Of a stretch of DNA of 64,000 nucleotides, positions 9,800 to 19,362 are shown piece by piece. Source of the DNA: an uncultured Desulfovibrionaceae bacterium (lineage in GTDB: Bacteria > Bacillota > Dethiobacteria > DTU022 > UBA8154); the NCBI GenBank assembly GCA_964567295.1, contig CAZMLU010000003.1, positions 894 to 64,893 of the forward strand, read 5' to 3'. Each line of letters begins with the position of its first letter. The first letter of the stretch is position 1. The notes under the pieces are model-generated. The model ran no database searches. It saw nothing but the letters and a program-made list of their open reading frames with translations, and was not told the DNA's origin. The position numbers were made by a program, and so were the translations under genes.

Positions 9800-10927
9800 C
9801 TACCTGTACTCTTCTACGTCATCTTCCCATTCCTCGGGAAAAGAGGGGAAATCTACATCATGCTTATCGAGTTCTGCTTTATAAATGAGCAGAGCTTCCC
9901 TGGCCGGCAGCCCGTTTCCTTCTAAGTCTTCCACCCAGTCTTTCACTACATCTTCGGTGAAGCGTTCGTGCCAGCGCTCTGCTTCATCGTCTGCCAGCTG
10001 CTCGAATTCAACATCTGCACCCAATTCTTCCATGATCTCTTCAATGGCGCATTCACTTAATCCCTCAGTAAGCGCATAAGGGTTTTTACCAACTTCTTCA
10101 ACCACGGACTGCAAATCCTCCGGCAGCGTATCCCAGGTATTCTGATTCATGACCACACCTTCGGTTACACAACCAAAATCAGCGACAACAGCGTAGTCTG
10201 CAACTTCATAGAGAGAAAAGGCTTGGATCAACTGCGGGCAGGTAACAATTCCGTCTATATCCCCTGTCTCCATCTGCATATAAACATCTCCCAGGGGCAT
10301 AAATACAGGTTCTGCCCCCAAAGCAGAGATCATATACGTTTGCAAACCTCCGGGAGATCTCAGCCTCATACCTTCCAGGTCTTCTGTAGTATGCACCGGC
10401 TCCGTAGTCCAAATAAAAGAAGAAACACAACCGTTCAAATGTAATACTTTTACGTTTTCCTCTTCAAAATCCTGGTAGAGAATGCGGTCATACATAGCAT
10501 TGCCTACCTCTGCGGCCACATCTTTACCTCTGACAGCTGCAGGCATAGAAAGAACATCACTGAGAGGAAACCGGTCTGGTGTCCAAGTAGCTGTAAAGTA
10601 ACCGAAGTCTGACATCCCATCAGCTACGATATCATAATGTTCTTCGCCCGCACCCAGGGCCCCTCCATAATAGGTAGAATAGGAAATACGACCATCACTC
10701 CGTTCCACCAATTCCTCCAGCATGGGGTCCCAAACGTTTCTGCTCTCCCGTCCTTCAGGAGGATGCCATGTACTAAAACTCAACTCTACCTCTTCCTCAA
10801 CCTCCGCTTCCTCCGGATCTGCTGGATCTGCAGGATCCTCCACTGCTGTATCGCAACCCACAAAGGTAACGACCAGCAACATTATCAAGAAAAATCCCAT
10901 CATTGTTTTGAATACGTACTTACTCAT
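9800..10927 (-). CDS. TRAP substrate-binding lipoprotein (DctP family)
   Basis: signal peptide with lipobox VGC, acidic Pro/Glu linker, DctP-type SBP body; RBS AAGGAGGT. Confidence 0.75.
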   Translation of the reverse strand: MSKYVFKTMMGFFLIMLLVVTFVGCDTAVEDPADPADPEEAEVEEEVELSFSTWHPPEGRESRNVWDPMLEELVERSDGRISYSTYYGGALGAGEEHYDIVADGMSDFGYFTATWTPDRFPLSDVLSMPAAVRGKDVAAEVGNAMYDRILYQDFEEENVKVLHLNGCVSSFIWTTEPVHTTEDLEGMRLRSPGGLQTYMISALGAEPVFMPLGDVYMQMETGDIDGIVTCPQLIQAFSLYEVADYAVVADFGCVTEGVVMNQNTWDTLPEDLQSVVEEVGKNPYALTEGLSECAIEEIMEELGADVEFEQLADDEAERWHERFTEDVVKDWVEDLEGNGLPAREALLIYKAELDKHDVDFPSFPEEWEDDVEEYR

Positions 10928-10983
10928 GATTGACCTCCTTCTTAGTGATTTATTTTAATAAACTGGCTTATAAAAGCCATTTA

Positions 10984-12465
10984 TTACCAGCGTATACAAA
11001 CCGTCTTTTCATCCATGAACATTTTCATAGAAGCCATTCTTGACTTGGCAGTGCCCACAAAAGAATCTCGCCTGGAACCCAGCGGAAAGAAGGCAAAGGG
11101 CTGGGCTACCCCCACGTTTACCCCTATGTTACCAACATTCGTCTCACGCGCAAACTGCCGCGCATATTTACCGCTACCCGTAAGTATGCAGGCTGAGTGG
11201 CCCAGGTAGGTCTTGGTGTTAATCCATTCGATAGACTGGTCCAGGCTTTCGCCCCTGATAAGAGAAGCTACAGGGCCAAAAGCTTCCTCCTTGGCGGTGG
11301 ACATATCCACATGGGCATCCTCTAAGATGGTAGGTCCCAGGAAATAACCATCTTCATAGTTTTCCACCTTCGGGGATCTGCCATCCAGGACTAGTTTGGA
11401 TCCTTCGGAGAGGGCGCGATCGATCCACTCCAGGACTTTTTCCTTGCCGCCCTGGGTAGTCATGGGGCCGAGTTCGGTTTCCCGGTCCAGGCCGTAGCCT
11501 AGTTTTACGCTTTGTGCAGCCTCCTTGAGCTTGCTTTTCAGTTCCTCGTAGATATCACCAACAACAACAATATTGTCAACTCCCAGGCAGCGCTGCCCGC
11601 CCATACCAAAACAGGCCCGAAGCAGCCACTGTGCACCATCCTCCAGATTGGCATCGGGCATTATAACTACGTGATTCTTGCCGTTGCCATTGATGGAAGA
11701 AGTTTTGCGCTGCTGACCACAGAGCTCGAAAAGTTCATGCCCTACCTTATTCGAGCCGATAAAGCCCACACCCTTTATTTTCGGTTGGGATAATATTTCT
11801 TTATTAATATTTCTGCCCCCATGTACCATGTTGATGACCCCGTCCGGGAAGCCGGTCTCCTGGGCTACCCGGCAAATGTACTCAGCCGCCACCGGGGCCT
11901 GGCTGCTGGGGCTGATAACTACCGTGCAACCTGCCGCAAGGGCATAGGGGACGAAAGAGGACCAGGAGTGCATGGGTATATTGCCTGGATTGACGATAAG
12001 AAAGGCACCTAACGGTTCCCAGGTTAGATACTGGTCAATGCCTCTCGCCAGCTGCATCATGTGTTCGTTCTGTTTGGTCAAACCGTAGATAGCAGAACAA
12101 GCCGACTCAATGTTTTCAATAACCCTGCGCACTGAACCCTCTGATTCACCCATGGTTCTACCGTGATCCTGGGTCAGCACCCTGCACAATTCATCAAAGC
12201 GTTCTTCAAATTTGGCACGCATATCGAAAAGAAGAGCCGCCCTATCACGCATGGGAACGTCACGCCACTTCAGGAAAGCTTCGTGAGCGGCATCGATGGC
12301 AGCATGGGCTTCCTCTACCGTTGCCGCTGGAAATTCTGAAATCACCTCACCCGTAGCAGGGTTGGTATTCTGCCTGACAGAAGTAGAGGTAGAGTCAACC
12401 CACTTGCCCCCTATAAGAATCTTCTGTAACCCGTAGTGCTTCTTTACTTCCGGCAGTAATGACAT
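10984..12465 (-). CDS. CoA-acylating methylmalonate/malonate-semialdehyde dehydrogenase-like ALDH
   Basis: 493 aa ALDH superfamily; MmsA-type motifs (VNPATGEVI, GQRCLG catalytic Cys region, no Glu general base). Confidence 0.75.
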   Translation of the reverse strand: MSLLPEVKKHYGLQKILIGGKWVDSTSTSVRQNTNPATGEVISEFPAATVEEAHAAIDAAHEAFLKWRDVPMRDRAALLFDMRAKFEERFDELCRVLTQDHGRTMGESEGSVRRVIENIESACSAIYGLTKQNEHMMQLARGIDQYLTWEPLGAFLIVNPGNIPMHSWSSFVPYALAAGCTVVISPSSQAPVAAEYICRVAQETGFPDGVINMVHGGRNINKEILSQPKIKGVGFIGSNKVGHELFELCGQQRKTSSINGNGKNHVVIMPDANLEDGAQWLLRACFGMGGQRCLGVDNIVVVGDIYEELKSKLKEAAQSVKLGYGLDRETELGPMTTQGGKEKVLEWIDRALSEGSKLVLDGRSPKVENYEDGYFLGPTILEDAHVDMSTAKEEAFGPVASLIRGESLDQSIEWINTKTYLGHSACILTGSGKYARQFARETNVGNIGVNVGVAQPFAFFPLGSRRDSFVGTAKSRMASMKMFMDEKTVCIRW

Positions 12466-12513
12466 TTCTGGTTATACCCCTTTCCAAAATAGATTTAGAG
12501 ACATTACTCTTTT

Positions 12514-13425
12514 TCAACCATTGTTAGTATTGGGAAAAGAGCTGCTGCTCTCCACCAAAACCTGAAACAACTTTATTATTGCAGAGTTATCCTCACCTCC
12601 CAGGCCTTTATCGCGAGCCGCTGAAAAATACTTATGAGATAATTGCCCAAAAGCCGGTATATAGCCTGCTTTTTCGCCTATATCCAGGGCCAGCCCCATG
12701 TCCTTAAGCAAAAGAGCGGTGCTAAAGCCAGGGTCAAATTCTCCAGGGAGAATATATGATAAGGCTTTTTCATGCAGGCAATAACTGCCCGCAGAAGCAC
12801 CTTGAAGAATATCCACCATGCGGTCCAGCTCGATCCCCATCTTTTCTCCCAGGGCTAAAATTTCTGCAGCAGCACACATGTTGGCGGCGTAAAGCAGATT
12901 ATTCAACAATTTTAGTAAAAGTCCATTGCCGGCTTTGCCCACATAATGAATGTTTTCTCCCAAAACTTGAAAAATCTCATCGCACTTTAGAAACGTTTCT
13001 TTTCTCCCACCAACCATGAGGCTCAACGTTCCCTTTTGGGCACGATGCATGCCGCCGCTGACTGGGGCGTCTAACATTTCCCCTTTTTTCGCTTCAACCT
13101 CCAGGTGAATTCTTTGGGTAAGATCAAGCGAAGATGTACTCATATCAATAAAGATTTTGCCCTCGCCCATTTCCTGTATAATACCTTCCCTGCCCAGCAC
13201 AACCGCTTCTATATCCGCAGGCTGAGGGAGCATGGAAATAATAATGTCCGCCCGGACCGCCAACTCCCTGCTGGAGGAGGCAGGCTGAGCCCCGCCTGTT
13301 ACCAAGGGCTGTATCTTTTCAAATACCTGGTCGTATACCACCACGGAATAACCCGCTTGAAGCAGCCGTTCTGCCATAGGCTTTCCCATTGTTCCCAGCC
13401 CGATAAAGCCGATAATTTCCTTCAT
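12514..13425 (-). CDS. 3-hydroxyisobutyrate-dehydrogenase-family NAD-dependent dehydrogenase (Hgd-like)
   Basis: 303 aa; N-terminal GFIGLGTMG Rossmann motif; family of 2-(hydroxymethyl)glutarate dehydrogenase. Confidence 0.8.
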   Translation of the reverse strand: MKEIIGFIGLGTMGKPMAERLLQAGYSVVVYDQVFEKIQPLVTGGAQPASSSRELAVRADIIISMLPQPADIEAVVLGREGIIQEMGEGKIFIDMSTSSLDLTQRIHLEVEAKKGEMLDAPVSGGMHRAQKGTLSLMVGGRKETFLKCDEIFQVLGENIHYVGKAGNGLLLKLLNNLLYAANMCAAAEILALGEKMGIELDRMVDILQGASAGSYCLHEKALSYILPGEFDPGFSTALLLKDMGLALDIGEKAGYIPAFGQLSHKYFSAARDKGLGGEDNSAIIKLFQVLVESSSSFPNTNNG

Positions 13426-13461
13426 GGTAAAAGCTCCCCTATTTTGCTCTTTCTATCTTAA

Positions 13462-14277
13462 CTAGACACCTTTCATTCCCTGCGAAAGATCTTCTTCTAC
13501 CTTGAATCCAAGTTCTCTTGAGATATTGCGCACGCTTTCTAACAAGTAGGGAAGGAATCTTTTTTTCTGTTCCTCACCTATCCTGAAGGAGGGACCGACT
13601 ATCGACAAACTGGCCAGAACAGTGCCATTTCCCTTTCTTATGGGAGCAGCAATGGCAGCAACACCATCCAGATGTTCACCTTCGCTAAGCGCATAGCCCT
13701 TTTTTCTAATATCTTTAATTTCACGCCATAACTGTTCATATTCTGTTACAGTGTTGTTCACAATAGACGGCAAGCCTTCTGCAATGATCTCCTCAATTCG
13801 CTCGTCGTGGAGAAAAGATAGCAAAACCTTGCGAGAGGCCCCGGCATGAAGGTACTCTCGGCTTCCGATTGGGGGAAGGTAAACCAAGGTGCTGCTTGAA
13901 TCTATCCGCTCGATACAGATCCCTCGGCCTTTATCTTCAATTTGCAAAGAAACTGTTTCATCGGTAATCTCTTTTAATTTTTTCATGTAGGGCAGAACAA
14001 CATCCCTTAGTTTGGTCTGCTTTTTGACAAGGTAAGCCAGTTCCATAGGTTTATAACCGAGTTGATATTTCTTGCTCTCCTGCTCTTTTTTTATAAATCC
14101 GCTCTTTTCCAAGGCTGTTAAATGGCGAAAAACGGTTGCCTTAGACAACCCTGATAGTTTTACAAACTCGGAAAGTCCTATATGCTGCCTCTCAAGTGAA
14201 AACCAGTCCAGCAACCCAAGCGCAACCGTTACTGTTCTAGTCTCTTTTTCTATATTATTGGGCATAATGTGCTTCAC
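13462..14277 (-). CDS. IclR-family transcriptional regulator
   Basis: 271 aa; N-terminal wHTH (LSEFVKLSGLSKATVFRHLTALE) plus C-terminal effector domain; RBS AAAGGTGA. Confidence 0.8.
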   Translation of the reverse strand: MKHIMPNNIEKETRTVTVALGLLDWFSLERQHIGLSEFVKLSGLSKATVFRHLTALEKSGFIKKEQESKKYQLGYKPMELAYLVKKQTKLRDVVLPYMKKLKEITDETVSLQIEDKGRGICIERIDSSSTLVYLPPIGSREYLHAGASRKVLLSFLHDERIEEIIAEGLPSIVNNTVTEYEQLWREIKDIRKKGYALSEGEHLDGVAAIAAPIRKGNGTVLASLSIVGPSFRIGEEQKKRFLPYLLESVRNISRELGFKVEEDLSQGMKGV

Positions 14278-14683
14278 CTTTCAAGGCTTATTGGTTTATT
14301 TAATGAACCACCGGTTTATTTATTGTGATTAAATATTAAAGCTCTTTTCTACAATAGTCAATCATGCCATAGTCATGTCATATTTTATATTACCTTTCTT
14401 GATACTATCACCTGCTGTATGCTTTTAATTTTTTATTATTTCTTCAATATTCTTTAAATGTGTCATATGAGTACTTATAATAATAAGGATATTATACTCG
14501 CACCATTCCCCTTCAGCAGTTTTTTCGCTTTCTTAATAGAGCTAAAAATGTTATACTTTTTGCACACAGTTCGATATCTGCTGTTGTAGTAAAACAGCCT
14601 GACTTACTTCTGCTGATTATAGTATAGACATAGATAAAGACAATTTAATGTTGCATAAATTATCTGTAATATTCGGAGAGGAA
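14278..14683. promoter_or_regulatory. 400-bp AT-rich non-coding region with several sigma-A-like promoter elements between divergent iclR-like gene and prfC
   Basis: no ORF; multiple TTGxxx/TATAAT-like pairs (e.g. TTTAAA-N17-TATAAT around 14450-14490); likely holds iclR promoter/operator and prfC promoter. Confidence 0.4.
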
Positions 14684-16291
14684 ATGAAAATGGATTTAGC
14701 AATTAAAGACTTGGAAGAACAGGTTAAATGCAGGCGAACATTCGCCATCATCTCACACCCGGATGCCGGAAAAACAACTTTAACGGAAAGGCTCCTTCTC
14801 TTTGGAGGTGCTATCAGGCTGGCCGGCTCCATTAAAGGAAGAAAGACCAAAAAATATGCGGCCTCTGACTGGATGGAGATGGAGAGGCAGCGCGGCATCT
14901 CTATAACTTCCAGTGTTCTGCAGTTCTCTTATAACGGATACCAGGTAAATCTACTGGATACCCCGGGGCACCAGGATTTCAGCGAGGACACTTACCGCAC
15001 CCTTGCCGCCGCCGACAGCGCTTTAATGCTTATAGACATGGCCAAGGGAGTGGAAACGCAGACGGTTAAGCTATTTGAAGTATGCCGCATGCAAGGCATC
15101 CCCATTTTTACTTTTATCAACAAGCTGGACCACCACGGCAGAGAACCCCTGGAACTCCTGGACGAAATAGAAAAGGTCCTCGGTATCGGCTCCTATCCCC
15201 TAAATTGGCCGGCCGGTCTGGGCTTCGGCAGTTACGGTCTCTATGACAGACACTACCAGCGATTACTACTCTCCGCAAAAGGCCAACAAACAAAAATTAT
15301 CTCGGCTAGCAGCGGAGGAATTAAAGATATGGCCATCCAAAACGCTTTGGACAGTTACTCTTACAAGAAACTGCGAGCGGAGATAGAACTGCTGGAGGGT
15401 GCCGGCGAGGATTTTGAGCCAGAGAAAGTGAATAGAGGACAGCTGACACCGGTATTTTTCGGCAGTGCTTTAAGTGGTTTTGGAGTGGAGCCCTTCTTCC
15501 GCGAATTCTTAAGTCTCGCTCCACCGCCATCAGAGAAAAAAAGCAGTGCCGGCCTAATCGATCCGGCAACCCCCCGATTCTCCGGATTCATCTTCAAGAT
15601 CCAGGCCAACATGAACCCTGCTCACCGCGACCGCATCGCCTTTTTAAGGGTCTGCTCCGGAGAGTTCAAGCGTGACAAAATGGTTATCCATGCACGCACG
15701 GGAAAAAAAGTTAGGCTTTCCCAACCCCAGCAGTTCCTGGCCCAGAATCGTAATATAGTGGAGGAAGCTTACCCTGGGGACATTATCGGCTTGTTTGACC
15801 CGGGTCTTTACCAGATTGGGGATACCCTGGTCGAAGATGGTTCCTTTAGCTTTGATAGTCTGCCCCGTTTTTCCCCAGAACTTTTTGCCAAAGTTACTGC
15901 GCGCGATACCATGAAATATAAGCAGTTCCATAAAGGCCTTTCCCAATTGTCCGAGGAAGGCGCGGTCCAGCTCTACTGGGTGCCGGGGACAGAGGAGATT
16001 ATCCTGGGAGTTGTGGGAGAACTCCAGTTTGAAGTTTTTCAGTACAGGCTACAGGAAGAGTACGGTGTGAAAATAAATCTGCGCCGCCTTTCCTACCAGC
16101 TGGCACGCTGGGTGAAAGACCCGGAACCGGAGCTGCTGCACAGCCTGAGAGGTTTTGTCGTCAGAGACGAACGAGGTGAGACAGTGGTCCTCTTTGAAAA
16201 CGAATTTTACCTGGATTTGGCCTTAAAAAGGAACCCGAATGCCGCACTCTATACCCTGGAAGAATATTCTAATTTGGAAAAAGAAAGGTAG
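14684..16291 (+). CDS. prfC: peptide chain release factor 3
   Basis: GTP-binding motifs AHPDAGKTT, DTPGH, NKLD; RBS GGAGAGG 3 nt before ATG at 14684 (ORF-track start 14648 has no RBS). Confidence 0.9.
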   Translation: MKMDLAIKDLEEQVKCRRTFAIISHPDAGKTTLTERLLLFGGAIRLAGSIKGRKTKKYAASDWMEMERQRGISITSSVLQFSYNGYQVNLLDTPGHQDFSEDTYRTLAAADSALMLIDMAKGVETQTVKLFEVCRMQGIPIFTFINKLDHHGREPLELLDEIEKVLGIGSYPLNWPAGLGFGSYGLYDRHYQRLLLSAKGQQTKIISASSGGIKDMAIQNALDSYSYKKLRAEIELLEGAGEDFEPEKVNRGQLTPVFFGSALSGFGVEPFFREFLSLAPPPSEKKSSAGLIDPATPRFSGFIFKIQANMNPAHRDRIAFLRVCSGEFKRDKMVIHARTGKKVRLSQPQQFLAQNRNIVEEAYPGDIIGLFDPGLYQIGDTLVEDGSFSFDSLPRFSPELFAKVTARDTMKYKQFHKGLSQLSEEGAVQLYWVPGTEEIILGVVGELQFEVFQYRLQEEYGVKINLRRLSYQLARWVKDPEPELLHSLRGFVVRDERGETVVLFENEFYLDLALKRNPNAALYTLEEYSNLEKER

Positions 16292-16339
16292 GGCTTTACA
16301 GGGATTGATCAGCCACTGCTTTTCTTATAAGAGGGAAAA

Positions 16340-17566
16340 ATGCTCACCAAAACAACCGCTCTCATTTTCATTCTTAATGCTGCCCTATTCTTCTTCCAGG
16401 CCATGACCAAGAGCGTTTATCCTCCCCTGTTGTTACCCTTCAGGGAAGAATTCTTAATCGATAACGCCCGGGCAGGTTTCCTGGTTACCCTGGTTTTCTT
16501 TGGCTATGCGCTGGCCCGTTTTCCCTCGGGAGTGTTGGCCGATAGGTGGGGATGCACCAAGACCATACTGGTGGGGAGCTTCGCCATGGCGGGTTCTTTC
16601 CTGGCGGTATCTTTTTCGACCGGTTATTATAGTATGGCCTTTTTCACCGTTATACTGGGAATCAGCAGCGGCATCTATGTTACAGCAGGATATACCCTGG
16701 CTGTGATCATCGGGACAAGAAGCCACGCCGCCAAGGCTACCGCTGCTTTCGAATCCTTCGGCATGGTGGCAGGCATGCTTTCTCCCTTTGTGGTTACAGC
16801 TTTCATCCTTTATTTAGACTGGTCGTGGCTTTTTTTAACCCTCGGGTGTATTCTCCTGGGGGCAACGCTTCTATTATACCAGAAACGAAATAATGCTAGC
16901 ACTTTGGAACAAGACATTTATAAAACGCCGGAAAAAGCAGAAAATAAGACAGGAAATATGCTCCAGGAAATGTTAGGAAGCCTGGCCGTTTTCCGCGAAC
17001 CCTCGCTTAAGCGTTTTATTATCTGGAGCACCATGGTGGGAGGGTTGGGAGCCATTTCCTGGACGGGAGTTAATGCATTTATTCCCACTTTTCTCGTGGA
17101 GGAGAAAGGCTACCACTATGACCGAGCAAACAGTATGTTTGCGATTATTGCCTTCGCAGGCCTCATCACGAAGATAGGAGTTGGTTGGCTTGCCGACCGC
17201 CTTGGCAGCAGGCCGGTTTTGTTTTGCAATTTATTGCTAAGCGTACTATTAATTTTCGCCCTGACTTTGGCCGAGGCGCACTGGCAACTTTTAGTCATTC
17301 TTGCACTGCTGGGGGCTACCTGCCTGAATACAAATACCCTGATTAACTCCTACGTCTTGCGCAAAATGCCCCAGCGTTACCAGGGAAAAGGGTTTGGTCT
17401 TTTCTGCACCGCCTATACAATTATCTACAGCTGTGGTCCTTTCCTCACAGGGCTTATGTCTGTAACTGTGGGGTTGAGCGGGGCGCTCCGTCTGAGTGCG
17501 ATAGGTGCCGCCGCTGCCATGCTGCTGGTTCTATTTTACAGGCGGTGGCATCTTGCAGATCCTTGA
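16340..17566 (+). CDS. MFS transporter
   Basis: 408 aa, 12 predicted TM helices, MFS-type GxLaDrxGxR motif (LADRWG, LADRLGSRP). Confidence 0.8.
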   Translation: MLTKTTALIFILNAALFFFQAMTKSVYPPLLLPFREEFLIDNARAGFLVTLVFFGYALARFPSGVLADRWGCTKTILVGSFAMAGSFLAVSFSTGYYSMAFFTVILGISSGIYVTAGYTLAVIIGTRSHAAKATAAFESFGMVAGMLSPFVVTAFILYLDWSWLFLTLGCILLGATLLLYQKRNNASTLEQDIYKTPEKAENKTGNMLQEMLGSLAVFREPSLKRFIIWSTMVGGLGAISWTGVNAFIPTFLVEEKGYHYDRANSMFAIIAFAGLITKIGVGWLADRLGSRPVLFCNLLLSVLLIFALTLAEAHWQLLVILALLGATCLNTNTLINSYVLRKMPQRYQGKGFGLFCTAYTIIYSCGPFLTGLMSVTVGLSGALRLSAIGAAAAMLLVLFYRRWHLADP

Positions 17567-17630
17567 AAACCTGGAGTTGCTTACCTAAACCACAATACTA
17601 TAAATTGATAAGCTCTTTTTTTGTGTTATT

Positions 17631-18133
17631 ATGTATTTTGAAGAAGGAGGTAATAAAATGAAAATTTTAGTTTGCACTGACAGATCAGGAGAATGCAAAG
17701 AGGCCTTAGAAGAAGCTCCTGCAATTGCCGAAAGATATAATCCTGATGAGGTTGCAATAATTCATGTTTATCAAGCCCAAGAAAGCATTACTCCCATGGG
17801 TTACGTAACAAAAGAAAGATTAGATGAACTTACAAACTTGCAGGAACAACATAAAGAAGAGGCAGATAAACTCCTATCGGATGCCCAAGAAGTTTTTGAA
17901 AAGAAAAACATTAAAGCCAGAAAATCTTGGCCGAAAGGGCATCCTTTGAATCTCCCTCTGATGTTATTACAAAGGTGGTTTTAGAAGAGGGGTTTGATAT
18001 GGTTATTGCTTGCGGCAGTGGGCGCGGCGGCTTTAGAAAAATTTTCCGTAAGCTCAGAAAAATGGGCTCCCGGAAAGACAAAGCAAAGTTCAAAGTGATA
18101 CCTTCTTTATTCCTCCGATCTAAAAACGACTAA
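17631..18133 (+). pseudogene. universal stress protein (UspA family), apparent +1/-1 frameshift near 17925-17935
   Basis: ORF 17631-17984 encodes a UspA N-terminus (MKILVCTDRSGECKEALEEA...); ORF 17927-18133 in another frame encodes the UspA C-terminal half (DVITKVVLEEGFDMVIACGSGRGG); frames switch at an A-run. Confidence 0.5.
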
Positions 18134-18147
18134 CATATTACTGGAAA

Positions 18148-18185
18148 ACTCCCGCACCTCTAAAGGTTGCGGGAGTTTTATCTTT
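18148..18185. terminator. bidirectional intrinsic terminator between uspA-like and AEC permease genes
   Basis: ACTCCCGCA-N11-TGCGGGAGT stem followed by TTTTATCTTT; A-rich on the other side. Confidence 0.6.
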
Positions 18186-18249
18186 GGATCCTGGATTTCC
18201 GACCACTCATAACAAGGTGGGCGGGAAAAGCGCACCGGTCCGGCCGACA

Positions 18250-19212
18250 TCACGGCATGGGAAAAATTCTGTTGAACAGCAAAAACATCCCCGGAATAGT
18301 GATAATAGAAAAAAGGAAGCTACCCAGGATGTACTGGTTAGCCAGGGAAACATTTCCCCCCATCTCCGCCACCCGGATGGGAATCCCTGTGATGGGAGGA
18401 ACAGCGCTCTGCAAAAAGATGATGAGTGCGATATGATAAGATGGCTGTACCAGGGAGAGCAGGCCTATAAAGACCAGGGGAAAGAAAACGTTTTTCATGG
18501 CAACAAATTTAAGAACTTCCTTGAAAAATATTTTCCCTTTCTTTTGAAAGTCAATATAGAGACTTCCCCCAAGGATAATCATGATTAAGGGTAGGGTCAT
18601 GGCGCCCAACATATCGAACATGTTCACTATAAAAAAGGGGAGATACTGCTCCGCACCAGACAATACGATGGCCATGGCCAGCAGCGTGACGATCAGCACG
18701 GGGTTAAAGATGCGCTGCAGGTTTAAAACCGGCTGCTGGTTTTCACCGGCCGGCCGGCCGGTGAAAAAAAGATAGTAGGTGCTGAAAAAGAGCACGGGGT
18801 GGAAGATGATAAAGATAAAGAGCTGCACCAGGTAAAGAGACCCGGAACCATAAAGCCCTTCGATGATAATGATGGGGAAAAAGAGGCCATTTTGGAAAAA
18901 CAGGCTGACGGTGAATTCGCTCCGGAAAGCACCCCTCACCAGAAACCGAGCCGGCAGGGTAATTGCCAGGGCGACGGCGGCAAACACAAACCACCAGAGA
19001 GGGATTTGCCACCAATCAGGGACCTTTTGGGGGTCAAAATTCATGATAATACTGGCAAAAACAACACTGGGAAGAGCGATATCAATAGCCAACCGTGAAA
19101 GTACAGCTATAACATCTTCTGGAATGATACCCCTTCGCAAAATATAAAACCCCAGCACGCCGATGCCAATTATAGCCAAAACCGATTGAAAAACAACGTT
19201 AAACAGTTCCAT
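18250..19212 (-). CDS. AEC-family (auxin efflux carrier/malate permease-like) membrane transporter
   Basis: 320 aa, ~10 TM helices, Mem_trans family; promoter TTGACT-N18-TGgTTATAAT at ~19241-19282. Confidence 0.8.
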   Translation of the reverse strand: MELFNVVFQSVLAIIGIGVLGFYILRRGIIPEDVIAVLSRLAIDIALPSVVFASIIMNFDPQKVPDWWQIPLWWFVFAAVALAITLPARFLVRGAFRSEFTVSLFFQNGLFFPIIIIEGLYGSGSLYLVQLFIFIIFHPVLFFSTYYLFFTGRPAGENQQPVLNLQRIFNPVLIVTLLAMAIVLSGAEQYLPFFIVNMFDMLGAMTLPLIMIILGGSLYIDFQKKGKIFFKEVLKFVAMKNVFFPLVFIGLLSLVQPSYHIALIIFLQSAVPPITGIPIRVAEMGGNVSLANQYILGSFLFSIITIPGMFLLFNRIFPMP

Positions 19213-19362
19213 AATTGATTTGTCATAACCTTTACAAATAATTTCCTTATTATAACCATTTCTTCCGCCGGGAGCAAGTCAAAATCAACAGATATCCACT
19301 TTGAAAACTTAATGATTTACGCATTATTTGATATAATATTTCTGCAGAGCCTGAAAGCGATC

